Shown here: piece by piece, positions 50,413 to 64,000 of the stretch
How positions within the stretch are numbered: position 1 is the stretch's first letter
How the letters are laid out: each line of letters begins with the position of its first letter
Assembly (NCBI GenBank): GCA_965153285.1
Contig: OZ229116.1
From: Podarcis tiliguerta
Lineage: Eukaryota
Strand: one strand, 5' to 3'
DNA length: 64,000 nt
The notes under the pieces: generated by a model
What the model saw: the letters and a program-made list of their open reading frames with translations, nothing else
The model's database searches: none
Told to the model about the DNA's origin: nothing
Translations under genes and position numbers: made by a program

Positions 50413-52268
50413 TGCTCTTTATGAAAGGTGTCTGCTGAGCACCACTTTCTATAACCCCCAGGTTCCTACAAATCATAAGTGGATCCTTTCTACTTCAAAC
50501 AATTCATCTGCTTCTGGACTATTACCAAATAGTGGTCATGGGCCTTATGGACCTGACCTGATCTCAAGTCCGAATAACCCTAAATAGCCACTATGAGGAG
50601 GCTGCCCCCTTGTGGCCACATGTCCATTTGGCAAGTTGCATGTGCACTATTCACTCCTTGTTTTCCTCTCGCATCCACTCAGCAGCCTAATTTAGAAAGC
50701 AGGGGAGACCTTTTCGTTGTTGCTACTGTTAAACAACTGGGCATCAGAATCCTCATGGATCTGCTGTGAATCACTCAAGAGATCTACCTTCCGGCCACCT
50801 CTGCCTTACAACATAGATCAGGGACATATTTGGGGACAGGGTATTTTGTGACTGCATGAATAAACTTCCCCAACCTGCAGCTACTTATTTGTTGCATATT
50901 TTCCACAAAAATACAAGTCAACTTTGTGGGGCCTTCCAATGTTGCTGGGCTAGAACTTCCACCATCCTTGACTGTTGGCCATGCTGTCTGAGGCTGGTGG
51001 GGGTTGTATCAAAACAACCTCTGGAAGGCCACAACTTCCACCGTCCCTGACTGCTGACCCAAACAGTGTCTCTTCAAATCGCCATTTAACAGGGGATCTC
51101 TCTAAATCCAATTTAGCTGCCTCAGTTATCATCCCTTTTTGAGGGAGACAAAATAACACATTGCAGTAGTTCTGTGATCCTGTTTACAGGGGTGAAACGA
51201 GGCTTTATTTCACCCAGGTCAAACACCCAGTTTGGCACACACACACCATGTGCATTTGTGTACACACACAGAGGCTGGAAACCTCAATGGTGCCCCTCTG
51301 AAGGCTTCACCCAGGGCAAAAAAACTGGCTAGGTTCCCCCCCCCCCCCAATAGCAACAGCTCTGCTGTGTAGCATATTTTAAAAGGCATGAGATTCCAGG
51401 ACTCAGGCTATGATATAAGTGGAAGACTGATGTGGCAAGAAAAGGGGTTTCTATTGCTACAATTGATAACAACAACTGTTACTCCTGCTACTAACAATAC
51501 GGTTCAATAGTCTTTAAACAGAGATATCAAGTTTTTTTAACCCAAAATGACGATTCTAATACAAAAACTGCAGGCTACCATTTAAAAAGAAATACAGTTT
51601 GCATAATGCCTGTCAATATATTCTATATACTGTCTAAAGTTTATTCATACATACAATTCCTAGTGATTTAAAAACACATGTGCTAAAACACAAGATTGCT
51701 GATTTCCTCCCAATACAAGGAAGGACAATCTTTACTGCAATTAAAAGATTAACAATCAATGTTTTGCTTGATTTGGCACTTTTCGTATTTAATTCAGTAA
51801 CACTTAAGAAAGTAGGGTTTCTTATTTAATTTTCCTGGTGATATTTAATTTTCCAGGGTGAAAAGCACCCTTCCCAAGCTACATTTTCTTGTATGGGGCG
51901 AGTTTCTGTTGGGAAATGGGATGAGGAGGTGAGCCCCTTTTCCCCCATGCCAAGTTTCCACTTCAAATAGCACTCTCAGTGGCTGCACTGTATTTCTTTT
52001 TAAAAAAGGGAGGGAAGGCAGGAATGATCCACACCATAAAGTGCATTCAATGCACACTTAAAGCAGACTGCTTTCCCCAAAGAATTTCAGGAACTGTAGT
52101 CCCCCCAACCTACAATTCCCAGGACCCTTAACAAACTACCACTCCCAGGATGCTTTGGGGGAAGTCATGTCCTTTAACTGTGTGTTGGCTGTGCTTTAAA
52201 TGTATGGCATGCATCTGCCTGTGCTAGTTCTTGCCCCAAGAACCATTGCTTTGCTGCTCATGTCTTAC

Positions 52269-52322
52269 CTCTAGTCATATGAAACTCTCTCACCAGGTCT
52301 TTAATGTCTAAATTAGGGTGGT
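52269..52322 (-). CDS. CABYR: CABYR 54-nt exon
   Basis: ctttccag|AC...AGAG|gtaaga; (D)HPNLDIKDLVREFHMTR; phase 1 to 1. Confidence 0.92.
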
Positions 52323-52505
52323 CTGGAAAGAAAAGGTGGGAAAAGCCAATTAATTTTAATTCAGGGTATCAGATTTTACAAAGGCTTGAGGGGGTGGTTT
52401 GGTGACAATTTACAAATTGGAGCCATTGCGGCAGTACTGTTAGTCCATAATGTCACTGAATTGCTCTATAAACTAGTATTTAACTTAAAAAGAAGAAAAG
52501 CAAAC

Positions 52506-52653
52506 CTTCTCGGAAAAGTATCAGTTCCCTGAAATACACAGCAGCAAATTCAGTAATGTTAGAGGGACTGGCTTTCAGAACTGCTCTGCTCACTCCCTCA
52601 AGTAGAGTCTTGAGGCCATAAGGAACCACCATCCTGGGCTTTGTGGTATGCAT
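52506..52653 (-). CDS. CABYR: CABYR first coding exon, RIIa dimerisation/docking domain (acceptor at 52688)
   Basis: gcaacaATG; MHTTKPRMVVPYGLKTLLEGVSRAVLKASPSNITEFAAVYFRELILFRE. Confidence 0.95.
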
Positions 52654-53649
52654 TGTTGCCACTTGAAGACAATACTTCAATTTCACAACTGTAAGGAAAG
52701 GAAACTGGATGAAAAAAACTGGTGTTTTCTACAATCTACACAACTACTTTCTACCCATAACCCACATGGAATGTATCACTCACAGTGATTTTTCAGGGCC
52801 TCTTGTGGACATGTGTAGACCTCTTATGGGAATTTTTGGAGGGGAAGCCACGTTAGGCTGCAATCCACACCTCCCTCCTTGCCCAGTTCACACTGCTAAC
52901 TACTTGCACCCCCAAGGGTAGCTGTAGAATGATGTCATTTCGTGCATTTATATTCTGCCTATTAGGGTAAACCCTCCCAAGGCAGCTAACAAAAATCAAT
53001 ACAAGATAGCATTTCAAGAGGTGTTAGACTTCTGCAGCAAAAACAACAGAAGTTTTTTCCAAACCCGCTTACTGAGCATTCCTATTGATTTGTTTGCACG
53101 TTTGTGCGAAGGGTTACACACCTCACTTTCCAAGGTATTTCCCCATCACTCTCAGAATCACAAAAAACACCCCCTGAATTTGCAGGTATGCACTTGAATC
53201 ACACCTGTAAATAGCAACAGGTGGAAGATGTCCAGAGACTCTTACAATGCCTTACAGATTAACAAATTTAATATGGAATAAGCTTCTATCAGATGCACGG
53301 AGTGTTATACACTGAGTTACACAATACATATGGAATTTTTTTGGGGGGGGGTGGGGATGTAAAAAGTGAGGTCAGCAAGGGAAATAAAATGCAGAAAGTA
53401 TTAATTATGCACATTCACAAAACAGTTAAGTACATCCTTATCACACCTGTATTGTATTTCCAGCTATATTTCTACTCAGACCTAAATGTGTGTGTGTGTG
53501 TATCTATACACACACACACACATACATATATGCATCTGATGAAGTGGACAATGTGGTCCACGAAGCTTATGCCATAATAAGACACAAATAGCAGAGAAAT
53601 GTGCTGGGAGTCTTCCCTGTGGGGAGGGTAACCACAACTGAAATAAACC

Positions 53650-54210
53650 ATCCAGCCGTAGTAGGGCGCCGCTCCCGAGACCTCGGGCCGGGACTCCGAC
53701 GCCCTTCCCTGCACGCCCCTCGCCCAGCTTCGCGGCCCTGCACGCAGGATGCCGCCCCTCGCTTGGCTCCTTGTTTGCTCCCCATCCAACCCGCTCGTTC
53801 TCCTCATCAGCCACAAGGTGGCTCCCTCGCTCGCCAAACCGCCGCTGGCTCGAAAGCGGCCCGACCTTTCTTTAAAAAATACTTCGCTAGTCGGCTGCGC
53901 CGAAGCTCCCGCCTCGCCCCTTGCCGGAGCCTCCTCTGGAGCGGCGAAGAAGACCGGCGGACCTTTTATATCGAGATGCTCCTGGTGGGCGGGGCTAGAG
54001 CGCACGCATTTGTGAGGTCACAAAGGCCGAGTTAGACCAACGCTAAGGAAAGGGCGGGGAGGACGGCCCTGACGTTCGCCAGGCCTACTCTAGATATACG
54101 CGCGAAGCCCCTCAGCGCGGCCAACTCGGGATGAGCGCGCGCCTCACTGAAACAGGCGCGAAGGGGGTTAGGGCGTCAGGGTTCCAGCTGCAGTTATTAC
54201 ACGGTCGTTA
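53650..54210 (-). promoter_or_regulatory. CABYR: CABYR CpG-island promoter and non-coding first exon
   Basis: CpG-dense; minus-strand TATAAAAG at 53970-53963; GC boxes near 53987 and 54051; TGACG half-CREs near 54070 and 54174. Confidence 0.75.
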
Positions 54211-54449
54211 CATAAACACGTGTCATTATTACAATAAAAAACCCGCCAGTAGCTTCACACGTGACGAGTTATCTAGTGTAGATAATTAATATGTCCCTCA
54301 CTGTTTGCATTCCCAGGTGAAACTGACTTGGCTACGCTCGTTTACCTGAGGGAGGCGAGTGGGGGAAGCTCTTATTAAGCCTGTGTTGTTCAACAAAAGG
54401 CTGGAAAAAGGCAATTTCCCACATTTACATTCAAGTTATATTGGCAATG

Positions 54450-54580
54450 AGAGAGGGTGTGGCATAGTGCCTAGGGTTCAAATCCCCACTCAGGCATGAA
54501 CTTCACTCGCGGACCTTAGGGCAAAGCACTGCATCTTAGCCTCACCCAGCTTACAGGGTTCCTATGACGATAAAATAGAG
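54450..54580 (+). mobile_element. Degenerate CORE/MIR-type SINE
   Basis: gtgtggcatagtg (A box), gggttcaaatccc (B box), accttagggcaaagcac CORE-like. Confidence 0.6.
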
Positions 54581-55001
54581 AGCAGAAGGCAAGGAGGTTA
54601 TAAATGAATTTTTTAAAATTTGTTTTGTCTGAAAAGATTGTTTACAATCTGTAACACATGCTCCTCCCACCCCTATAAAATGTATCTTCATACTGCTGTC
54701 AAATGTTAGATTGCACACTCATGAAGACACATACCTCTCTCCTTCCAGTATTTTGGAGGTGCTTTATAAATAAGCAGCAACAAAATGGATGCCTGCATAC
54801 GTACAAATTGACAACATACACAAGGCATGTGAAAATGGGTACAAAAGACATGTCTCTTAAATGTTTGACTTTTCAAATCCACTTGCAACTTGTCAAGAAA
54901 TGCTATATAACACTGAAAAGCTCAGCTATTCAGCATTAAGTTCTCCCCTAGCTCCCTTAAATCTGTAGAATTTCACTGCTTGAGTGCCTTCCAAGGGCCA
55001 T

Positions 55002-55326
55002 AGGTAAAGGTAAAGGGACTCCTGACCATGAGGTCCAGTTGTGGCCGACTCTGGGGTTGCGGCGCTCGCTTTATTGGCCGAGGGAGCTGGCGTACAGCTT
55101 CCGGGTCATGTGGCCAGCATGACTAAGCTGCTTCTGGTGAACCAGAGCAGCACATGAAACACCGTTTACCTTCCCGCTGGAGCAGTGCCTATTTGTCTAC
55201 TTGCACTTTGACGTGCTTTCGAACTGCTAGGTTGGCAGGAGCAGGGACTGAGCAACGGGAGCTCACCCCTCGTTGCAGGAATTTGAACTGCCAACCTTCT
55301 GATCGGCAAGCCCTAGGCTCTGTGGT
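55002..55326 (-). mobile_element. Sauria SINE (Squam1), slightly 5'-truncated
   Basis: Antisense (ACCTTT)n tail aggtaaaggtaaag; body gtcatgtggccagcatgact...ccgtttaccttccc...ttcgaactgctaggttggcagga. Confidence 0.9.
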
Positions 55327-58300
55327 AACAAATTAACAAGATGCATGCAAGTCAACAGGGGACTGTTGGCATCTGCTTTTGTGAGTATAGCTATATGATG
55401 CATGTGCTTTCCGAACATTTATTTGCTACAATGACTTCTGTGTGCACCTGAAAATAAAGTATGTGAAGAGATCCTGAAACACAGCAGGCACAGATTTCCA
55501 CTGGGGAGTTCATGTAAGCTTTGGAGGCTTCACAGTGTTCTGGTTTTTGTTGTCATGTATTTTCTGATTTTTAACATTGTGGACCAATTCTCTGTAACTC
55601 AGGACTTTAGGGGAATGTAAAAGACAAGTGTGGGAGTGAATGCAGGTGGACTCTTGGCAAAGCTAGTAGTCAAGTGAGTAAGCAATTGAGTATAGGCAGA
55701 GAAAAGGTTTTCAAAGCCTGCATATGCATGGAAAGCAGAAGTAGAACTTTGTAGATCTGGAATTATTCAAACACTCAGGTAATTAATACAAGTGTATTTT
55801 GTTTCCTTTTTTAAATGCTAATGTTTTCAAAATGCTGGGATCTATTCAGGCATTTCCCTATCTTATGTTTGAGCTAAGGCTTGAAAGCACTGAACTATCT
55901 GCAGGTCTGTACTACAGATTAAACCGTATACAACTGAGATGACCACCACCTTGAATACCTAAACAAAGTGATTTTTGAAAAATTCTCAAACTGAAGTAGT
56001 GAACATTGTGCATAGTCTCATGGATTTTATGCAACCATTACACTGGAAGAGATTGAAGGCCATCTAAACTTAACCCAGCACACAAAGACCATTCACCCAC
56101 TTGCACAACACAGATCAACCTGTGGCAAAATTCAGCTCACAAAACAAACTCCAAGGCCTCCAGGCAACTTAATCTAGAGGAAAATCCCTTCCAAATGTAA
56201 ATCATACCCAGTTCATACCATGTAAAATTTATCCAAGTTATGCCGCATTATTGTGAGTGTGACTTATGCTACAAAGCTTCCAGTCTAATTGTAGCAGTCT
56301 TGGCACTCCAATAGAAAAAGAAGGGAACCAGTTTTCAATGCAATGGCTCACAAGTGAGAGATGTGAAATTGTACAATTTCATTGATAAATATTATTGCAT
56401 CATATTATAAGCCCAGGACACTCCATTTTCTCTCAGCTAGGCTAGCCAAAAAAATTAACTCAATATAAATTTTATTTTGATTTCCACAGTTTGTTCAATT
56501 TAATTAATTGCTCCTCTATTCCATTAACTCTGCTGTTATTTGCTGTGCAACAATTGTCCCTTTCACATTTGTTTGATCAAGCAACACTCCTGGCTAAGCC
56601 GCTGATGTAATCTATGCAGGTGCTGAGGGATACAACAGGATGGCATTTAAAAAACAGAGGTCAAGTCAGGCAAATGTTCTACAGATTTTATTTAAGAACC
56701 AATGTGGTAAATATAAGAAACAAGCATTGAAAGTTTAGTGGCAGAACATAAAGTGTTTGGCTCCAGGGGGGGAAAGTGAATACATCTTTTAAGGAAAACA
56801 TTTTTTTTAAACGGTAAACAAGTACAGATTTTGCATGGGAAACATGTCTTTGCAGCACACATGGAATACTGTTGTCCAAGCCACAACTGAGACCCATTTC
56901 ATAGGTTGAATTTTGCTTACACAAGACATGGGCAAGTGCATCAACTGAGTGGCATGAGTACTATTAAACAGCTGGGTTTCCCTACAGTAGACACAGGGGA
57001 AACTAAAAGGAAAGAATCACACACCCTTGTAACCAGGTATATTTAGGGAAAACCAGCAATTTTAAGTGCATGCTCACCATTCAACCAACATCTGCACATG
57101 TATTCTGTATGCTGATATTTCTATGCAAGTATGAATCAGTTCTGAGCTGAATATGGTAGAAGTACTCAGTCTGCAAAACCTGGAGAAACTAAAACATGAA
57201 TAACAAACATTCAGGTTCCGGTGGCAGCCCAGAACATTTCAGCCTGTGTTCTCACTGAGGTGATAAACCAATCTGAGCTGTACACAGAAAACTAGGTGTT
57301 AGGAAGAAGGATTCTAGGTTAGAAACTTCTTTTCCTGAGAAGCTAGTCTTCTACGTGGAGGTGTTGTGGTTGTTAAATACAGATGAACATTTAATCCTGT
57401 GAGCCCACTTCCTTAGACTTTCTTGAAAGAAGCCAAGCACAGGCCTACCACCTCAGAGGAGAACTAGGCCTAAAGACCTAGCCTAGATATGACCCTAATT
57501 TGAATAGAGCAGAGGGGAATTTAATCCTTTTTCTCATCAAAATTCCTTTTGCCCAGAATGGAAAAAGGTAACAGGCCCTAGTATTTATTCTCCCAAGTGC
57601 TTGTGTGTATTGCTCAGTAGGTGGTTAAGCACCACCCTCCTTCCAACTCTGACCAAATTAATGCCCTTGCAACTGCCTTAACCAAAAACTATTGGGAAAC
57701 CCTCCACACGTCTCTTGCACCACATCAAATTTGGCCGTAAGTTACACCATTCGCTTTGATAAACATCCAGGTATCTTGAAAAACTATGCATATTTATCAC
57801 TAGAAGGCTACTTAACTGAAGGGTAATTACAAAGAAGGGAAAACCCTCAAATCTTGTTCTTAATTTTACTCAGCAGAAATATTTTTTAAAGTACAAGTTC
57901 TGTAAATTAAAGACATTTATAGCACACCAAAGTAAACATGTAAAAATTCAAGTTATTCACTTGAAGGACGTCATAATGCAATAAGGTATCAACAACAACA
58001 AAAATATACCAGACCTGGTAAATTCTTAATAATATATATATATTTTAAACCAATGAGATGCTTACTCTGTTATTGCTATTAGACCATGCCTCCGAGCTAT
58101 AAAGTATAAAAACTTATTCCAATTACATAAAATACAGCTGAGATTATTCTCATCACCGGCATAATCTAATATAAAAATACCTTTGACATTTACAAGATAG
58201 AGGTTTCTTCTATGTGTGCACGAGAGGGGTGGGAGTGGGGAAAATACATGGATGGCACTGAGCCGCTGTCAACATACAAGGCGAGATTACTTTGCTTGCA

Positions 58301-60778
58301 GGATTAGCACATCTCAAAACAGACCTGGCGACAGCAACAGGCCCATGGTCAGGTCACTACTGTTTTATTTATCATCTAGACACTTGTGAGGAGCCCCTCC
58401 TATGAACCCATCATGCCAGTGCAAAAGTCTTCTAACTTTAATAGCCTTGCTCAGGCATTTATTGGTGTGTAATCCTCAAGTCATGTAAGCTGGCACAGGT
58501 GTACTTAAAACAGTTAACTTCTACAAGAGTCTAAGATGCTGAGCTAGTTTAACTTACTAATTCGTGTCTAAAGAAAAACTGCAGATAAGGTAAAGTTCTT
58601 GCACCAATTAAAAAAAAAACTTACAGAAAAATTGTGTGTGAGAGAGATTCATAAGCAATCAGGGGTCAAAAATGCTTTCACACAGGCACATAGCTCCCAA
58701 CCCACTACGTGTTTTAAGTTTTGTTAAATTTTGTAGCTGTAGGATGGCTGCTCCTGTTTCATGAGCTCAACATTGAAAGCTTATCCTCCGATCCCATGAC
58801 CATGCAAGGATGAGGATGCTGCTGCTGTGTTTGATGACCACCAAGGGTGAAACAATCTTGTTGTAAGGCAACTGCAGTCTCTTGCTTGAGCGCTGCTAAT
58901 TTCCCAATCCCCTTGCCCTTCCAAGGAATGTACTGCAAGGATCCCAACAGGTTTGAGTTTTTTTAATCTCCAAGCTGAGAAACAGATTGGCAAATCCTGC
59001 CATTTAAAGCAACCAAAAGAGCAAACATCCCAGGTCTACAAAATGAAACCAAAGCAGATAAGCTGTCAATCCGTTGAGAAATGGGACTCCTCCAAAGCAA
59101 TAAATAAATAATAATAAAGAAATATTCACAGCATATAGTGTTACTAAAAAGTAAAGGTGTAGTTACATCTCTTAAACATTCAACTTCTCTTTTTAGAAGG
59201 CAGCAGGTTCAGCTGTCGTGAAGTGCTTTTTACTGGCCAAAGGGAGAGTAGGGCAATCTGACCCACAGCTCCAGTCAATACTTGGCAGTTTGGGGAGCAG
59301 GCCTATGCAGGTTGGGGAATGCTCTATATGCACCGCACGGAGTATTAGCGAGAGATGGAGGTGAAATGTGGAGTCCCCTGCTTATATTTATCTTCACGTG
59401 TTCACTAGAAGCATGGCAAGGTCTGAATCAGGGCCAACAAATTTGTACTCTCCATATGCCAAGAAAGTGTTGGAGCCAGTCAGTCAGGTAAGTACAAACA
59501 ATGTAAGCATTTTTCAGAGTGTGCCAGAATAAAAGTTTATAGCTAGATACCAGGAGTGAAAGTAAGGCTCTAACCACTTTGAAAGAAAAAGGTACTTTAG
59601 TTCTACAAAGTTACACAATTCCCAAGTATTTAGGAAAACTGCTATTCCAAAAATTGGTGTTTGAGTTGTTTTTGATTTTTTAAAAAAACACCTACTTGTT
59701 AAAAATAAAACACTAAAACAAACTGGAATAAAGATAAGTGACATCATAGGTCTAGACTGCCACATGGCAAGTCCCATTATATTTAACATATGAGTGATAA
59801 TTTGTAAACACCTTGTTAACAGCAAAGCTAGTAGGCAACAGTACCATTTAAAACAGATAAAAAATGTCTGTAACACAATTATTAAGGGTTTAAAAAATAA
59901 ACATTTGGCTGAAAAATAGAAGTTTCTAAATCTTCACACAATTTAACATAAATACAGGAGTAGGCTCTGTTACACATGCATTTGGATGATCAATATAACT
60001 TAAATGAGCAGGTTTGCTGTGCTGTGAGTGAGCCAGGCTTGATTCTTTCCAGGCTCGCTCTGTTTTTGTTGGCCTCTGAATAAAATAATATCTATTTCTG
60101 CCTATTTACAGTTTCAAACAATTAATTACACAGTACTGTTTCAACAAACAGTTGGTATCCCTCTTCAAAGGAACAAATAAACCTATCCAAAATGAGAGAA
60201 AAAAGCTTTTTGCAGAAACTGAGCCAATGTTGTTATAGAAGTCAAAGTGTGCTTATTGTAGGCTCATTTGTACAATCACAAGCTAAATATGTTCCACTTG
60301 TCTAAGAACAAACAAAAAAGACACACCTCAAAAGCAAAGGCTTCCAAACCTGGAGAAGTCCTCTAGCACAAACCCCACAGAATCCCAGAGTAGAGATATG
60401 AAGACAAGTGGGAGGTGGGGGAAGGAATAATTGAGTAACAACTGCCTCTCCACGACCTAACCCAATTTTCCAGTCCCCATCGCCCCAGGCCTTCACATAT
60501 CTATCCCAGGAGATAGGCAACTTCTAGCTCCCACTCACTCAATTAGGACTTGTGCAAGAGAAATTGCTACTGGATTAGGTCTAGGACGCTTAATATTTTT
60601 TGGCTAATTTTGCCCTTAACCATTGAAGATGGTAATGTTTTTCTGCCACCAACTCTAGATGTTGTGGAAAAAGTGTCTCTGGCACTGGTGGTTGTTTTCA
60701 GTAGAGAAGCTGGTCCTCCTAACAGTTTTGCTCTGAGTGCAGAAACAGGGAGAAGAAAGAGTTGAGGCATCCTGCCCA

Positions 60779-60904
<126 letters not shown>

Positions 60905-61154
60905 TCACTCGGGTTTACCAAAAAACATGGTAACTTCTACGCAGGACAGAATATGGCATTTATTTGTTTATAGGACATAGCTCAATACCCTCAATGGCAA
61001 TGCAGGCTGGGAAGGATAAGAGGTTTCCATTCACACCCCACAATTACTATTAGCAATGCCACCCGCCAAGTCCAGCCAGGCTATATCATGAAGGAAAGGA
61101 CACCCCATCTGTAAAATAATAATATTGCTCAATTCATTTACTTTTTTTTTTTAC

Positions 61155-61193
61155 CTTTGCCTGAAGCAGTAATGCTTTGCCTCTTGGTACTGT
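61155..61193 (-). CDS. TTC39C: TTC39C 39-nt exon
   Basis: cctgcag|TVPRGKALLLQAK|gtaaaa; phase 0 to 0. Confidence 0.92.
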
Positions 61194-63125
61194 CTGCAGG
61201 AGGAAGCAAAATATCATTTTTGAAATTTGTGTGCAAATGCAAGAAAATAATACTTTGGGAGACAGACAATGGCACATTATGGGACTTTCTTCATTTCTTC
61301 ACTCTCGGCTTAAATCTGCTCTGGAGGTTCTCCAAACCCTAACAGTGAAAAATTGGGGGGTAGGCAGGGGAGAGGAGAGGATGTCTTGTTGCAACCAGTG
61401 GAAACTTGTTCTGTGGTCTGGTTAGTCACCACTGAATGTCCCTCTTTAACTGGTCTAATGAGAATTCAAGTTCTAATAATGAATTTGACTAGCAAAATGC
61501 CAACTACCGGAAATTAGAAACGTAATTTTAATAAATAACGTCACTCAATAAGTTTTTAGGTATCTCAAAATAACTGGCAGCTGTCTCTCCTCATTACAAA
61601 GAAGAACAAATTTGCACACACAGTGGGCGATATTCAATTAATGAGTCCCATTAGCACAAGGATTTCTGCTTGTGCAACGTGACTCCCCCCCCCCAAATCT
61701 CCTTCTAGAAAGCAGTAAACCTCGTAGGCCATCTTCCACATGCATTGTGTGTTTTTAAGTATACAAAAATGGGTCATAGCCCTTGTATATCCCCTCCTCT
61801 TCATATAAGGATCCAAATAAAAAGGCAAATACGAAATACTGATACATCATTGATGTGCCAGTGGATCTCTGTTTTTCATGTTCAAAACAAGCTCATGCTG
61901 CCTTTCCATGGTCTTGCTGGAGAGCAATTAAGAGGCAGGTCTGAAAAGCATTAATTAAAAGCTATTTTAAGACTTTCTCCTTAAATATGGCAATGAAGAG
62001 AAGTGTGGGCAGCTGAGTGTATGAAGCATTAAGAGAAAGAGTACGAAGATCTCTAATTTTTACATGCCTAGATCTTTACACTCTTACTAGCTTCACAAGT
62101 TTTACCACACACAGTTGGGAGGCATTAAGTAAATGTTAATAATGCTTGGACTACTCAAGAGTGTTCCCTACTGGAAAAGGGCTTAAGCAACTCAGCAAGC
62201 CACCCATTCCTCGCTCTCTTTACCTGTACCGATGCTCTTCCCTTCCCTCCTAATCTCATCCATGATGCTAACCACAGCTCTCCCACTTCACCCTAAATGT
62301 GCTGGAGAGGTAGGGGTAGGAAGAGAGACTCCAAGCCACATTCGTAGCCAGCTAATGCCTGGTTTAAGAGTAATTCTGAGCATGCAAAAGAAAGGAAAAA
62401 GCGGGAGGCGGAGAACCCTTACCCAACAAGGGTTCAATGTAGCCAATGTAATTTTAAAAATTTGACCACTAGGCTCTACCTACCATACTGGCATAGCATC
62501 AACTACAGGTCCCTGACATGCTAATGCTACATGTATACAGACCAGCAACACAATTTAGATATCTTCTCATGCAGTATTCTTTAACCTTTTATTGTGATAC
62601 TTGAACTCAAGCCTCATTGCAAAGGGGGAAACGGGTCACCTGACACCATGCTGATGTCATGTGACCAACATCAGAGTGGCTGGGGATGATGGAGTTCAGG
62701 AACTAGCCTGCCAGGCTGAAAAGGTTTTCCACCCCTGAGCTAGATCATATGTTGAAGTGCCATATGCAATTCATTTGACTCCATCTGAGAATATCACCTG
62801 TACTACCAATGCAATATCATTTCACAACATTTTTCACCAACAATGCTGCAGTGACTGAATAAATAGACATTTCAAATGGACCACTGATTTTATTGCACTG
62901 ATTAAATGCAAGAGCCGTATCAATAAATTGCTGGTAAACTTGATGCAATTATGTTAGGCAATCAGTAAACTGGTAGGATAAGATTAATACAACTCTCCAG
63001 AACACAGGAACATGTGTTAAAAATAACACCGTTAAGAAAAGCCAAAAAGAGAAAATGCACATTCCACATTGCTTTCAACCTTCCTCTACTTCTCTTTTGA
63101 AGCAGTAACGTCACACCAAATATCA

Positions 63126-63320
<195 letters not shown>

Positions 63321-63419
63321 TCACACTGGACAACACATTCTCAGATCTCGCAACTATCTTCACCTGCAGGGCCTGTTGATTTGCTAGTTAGCTTCGGAAC
63401 CAGTTAATGCATCAAATCA

Positions 63420-63626
<207 letters not shown>

Positions 63627-64000
63627 TTAAAAAAATTAAATTTAGTTCAACAATTTGTACACAATTTTATTACGATTGCCTTTAAGCAGTATACAAGAAA
63701 CCCAACGTAATTATAACAAAAATGAATTAGATAAAGAAAGCTGCTTAAAAAGCTTTAAAACCAATCTTCCCCAAGTTGCTGCTCTACAGATAAGTTTGGG
63801 ACTTCAAATTCTCATCAGCCAGTGGACAGGGATGATAGGGGTTGTAGTCCAAAACATCTGGCGGGCAAATGATTGAGGAAGGCCGCTTTAAACCTATCCC
63901 CTAATCTTCTGTCTTCACTTTAGACTTTTTAGTCCAATCAACGTCTGGACAAAAAAATGCTAATATTCTCCCCTTTCAGTCATCAGCCACCAGATGGATC

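Noticed and set aside
53472-54035. 177-aa and 144-aa ORFs in the CABYR island
   Set aside because: GC-rich promoter artefacts; the minus-strand ORFs run into CA microsatellites
54600-60778. Exact 3' end of TTC39C
   Set aside because: Several minus-strand AATAAA-like signals in AU-rich sequence; cannot choose without transcript data

Overview
Vertebrate genomic DNA, not prokaryotic. The SINE/MITE content suggests a squamate, probably a lacertid lizard. Three spliced genes were reconstructed by hand from GT-AG boundaries and phase continuity. (1) The 3' half of OSBPL1A/ORP1 on +: 13 coding exons, 7814-38752, FFAT region plus complete ORD, with an intronic CpG island (~2.0-2.75 kb) that is probably the ORP1S promoter. 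(2) CABYR on -: TATA/GC-box CpG promoter near 54 kb, coding exons 52653-46343, candidate last exon near 41 kb. (3) The last four coding exons of TTC39C on -. The order matches the TTC39C-CABYR-OSBPL1A synteny I recall from mammals. Nearly all ORFs in the supplied track are intronic noise. I see no wholly new gene system. The best leads are a CABYR exon layout that can join CR-A and CR-B in frame without the intervening stop known from mammals, a Pro/Ala/Glu coding minisatellite in CABYR, a MITE family carrying a variable number of (G)AAGCC...GGCTT(C) hairpin modules, and a uORF/GUG-rich alternative first exon of OSBPL1A. Protein and repeat identities come from recognition, not database searches.
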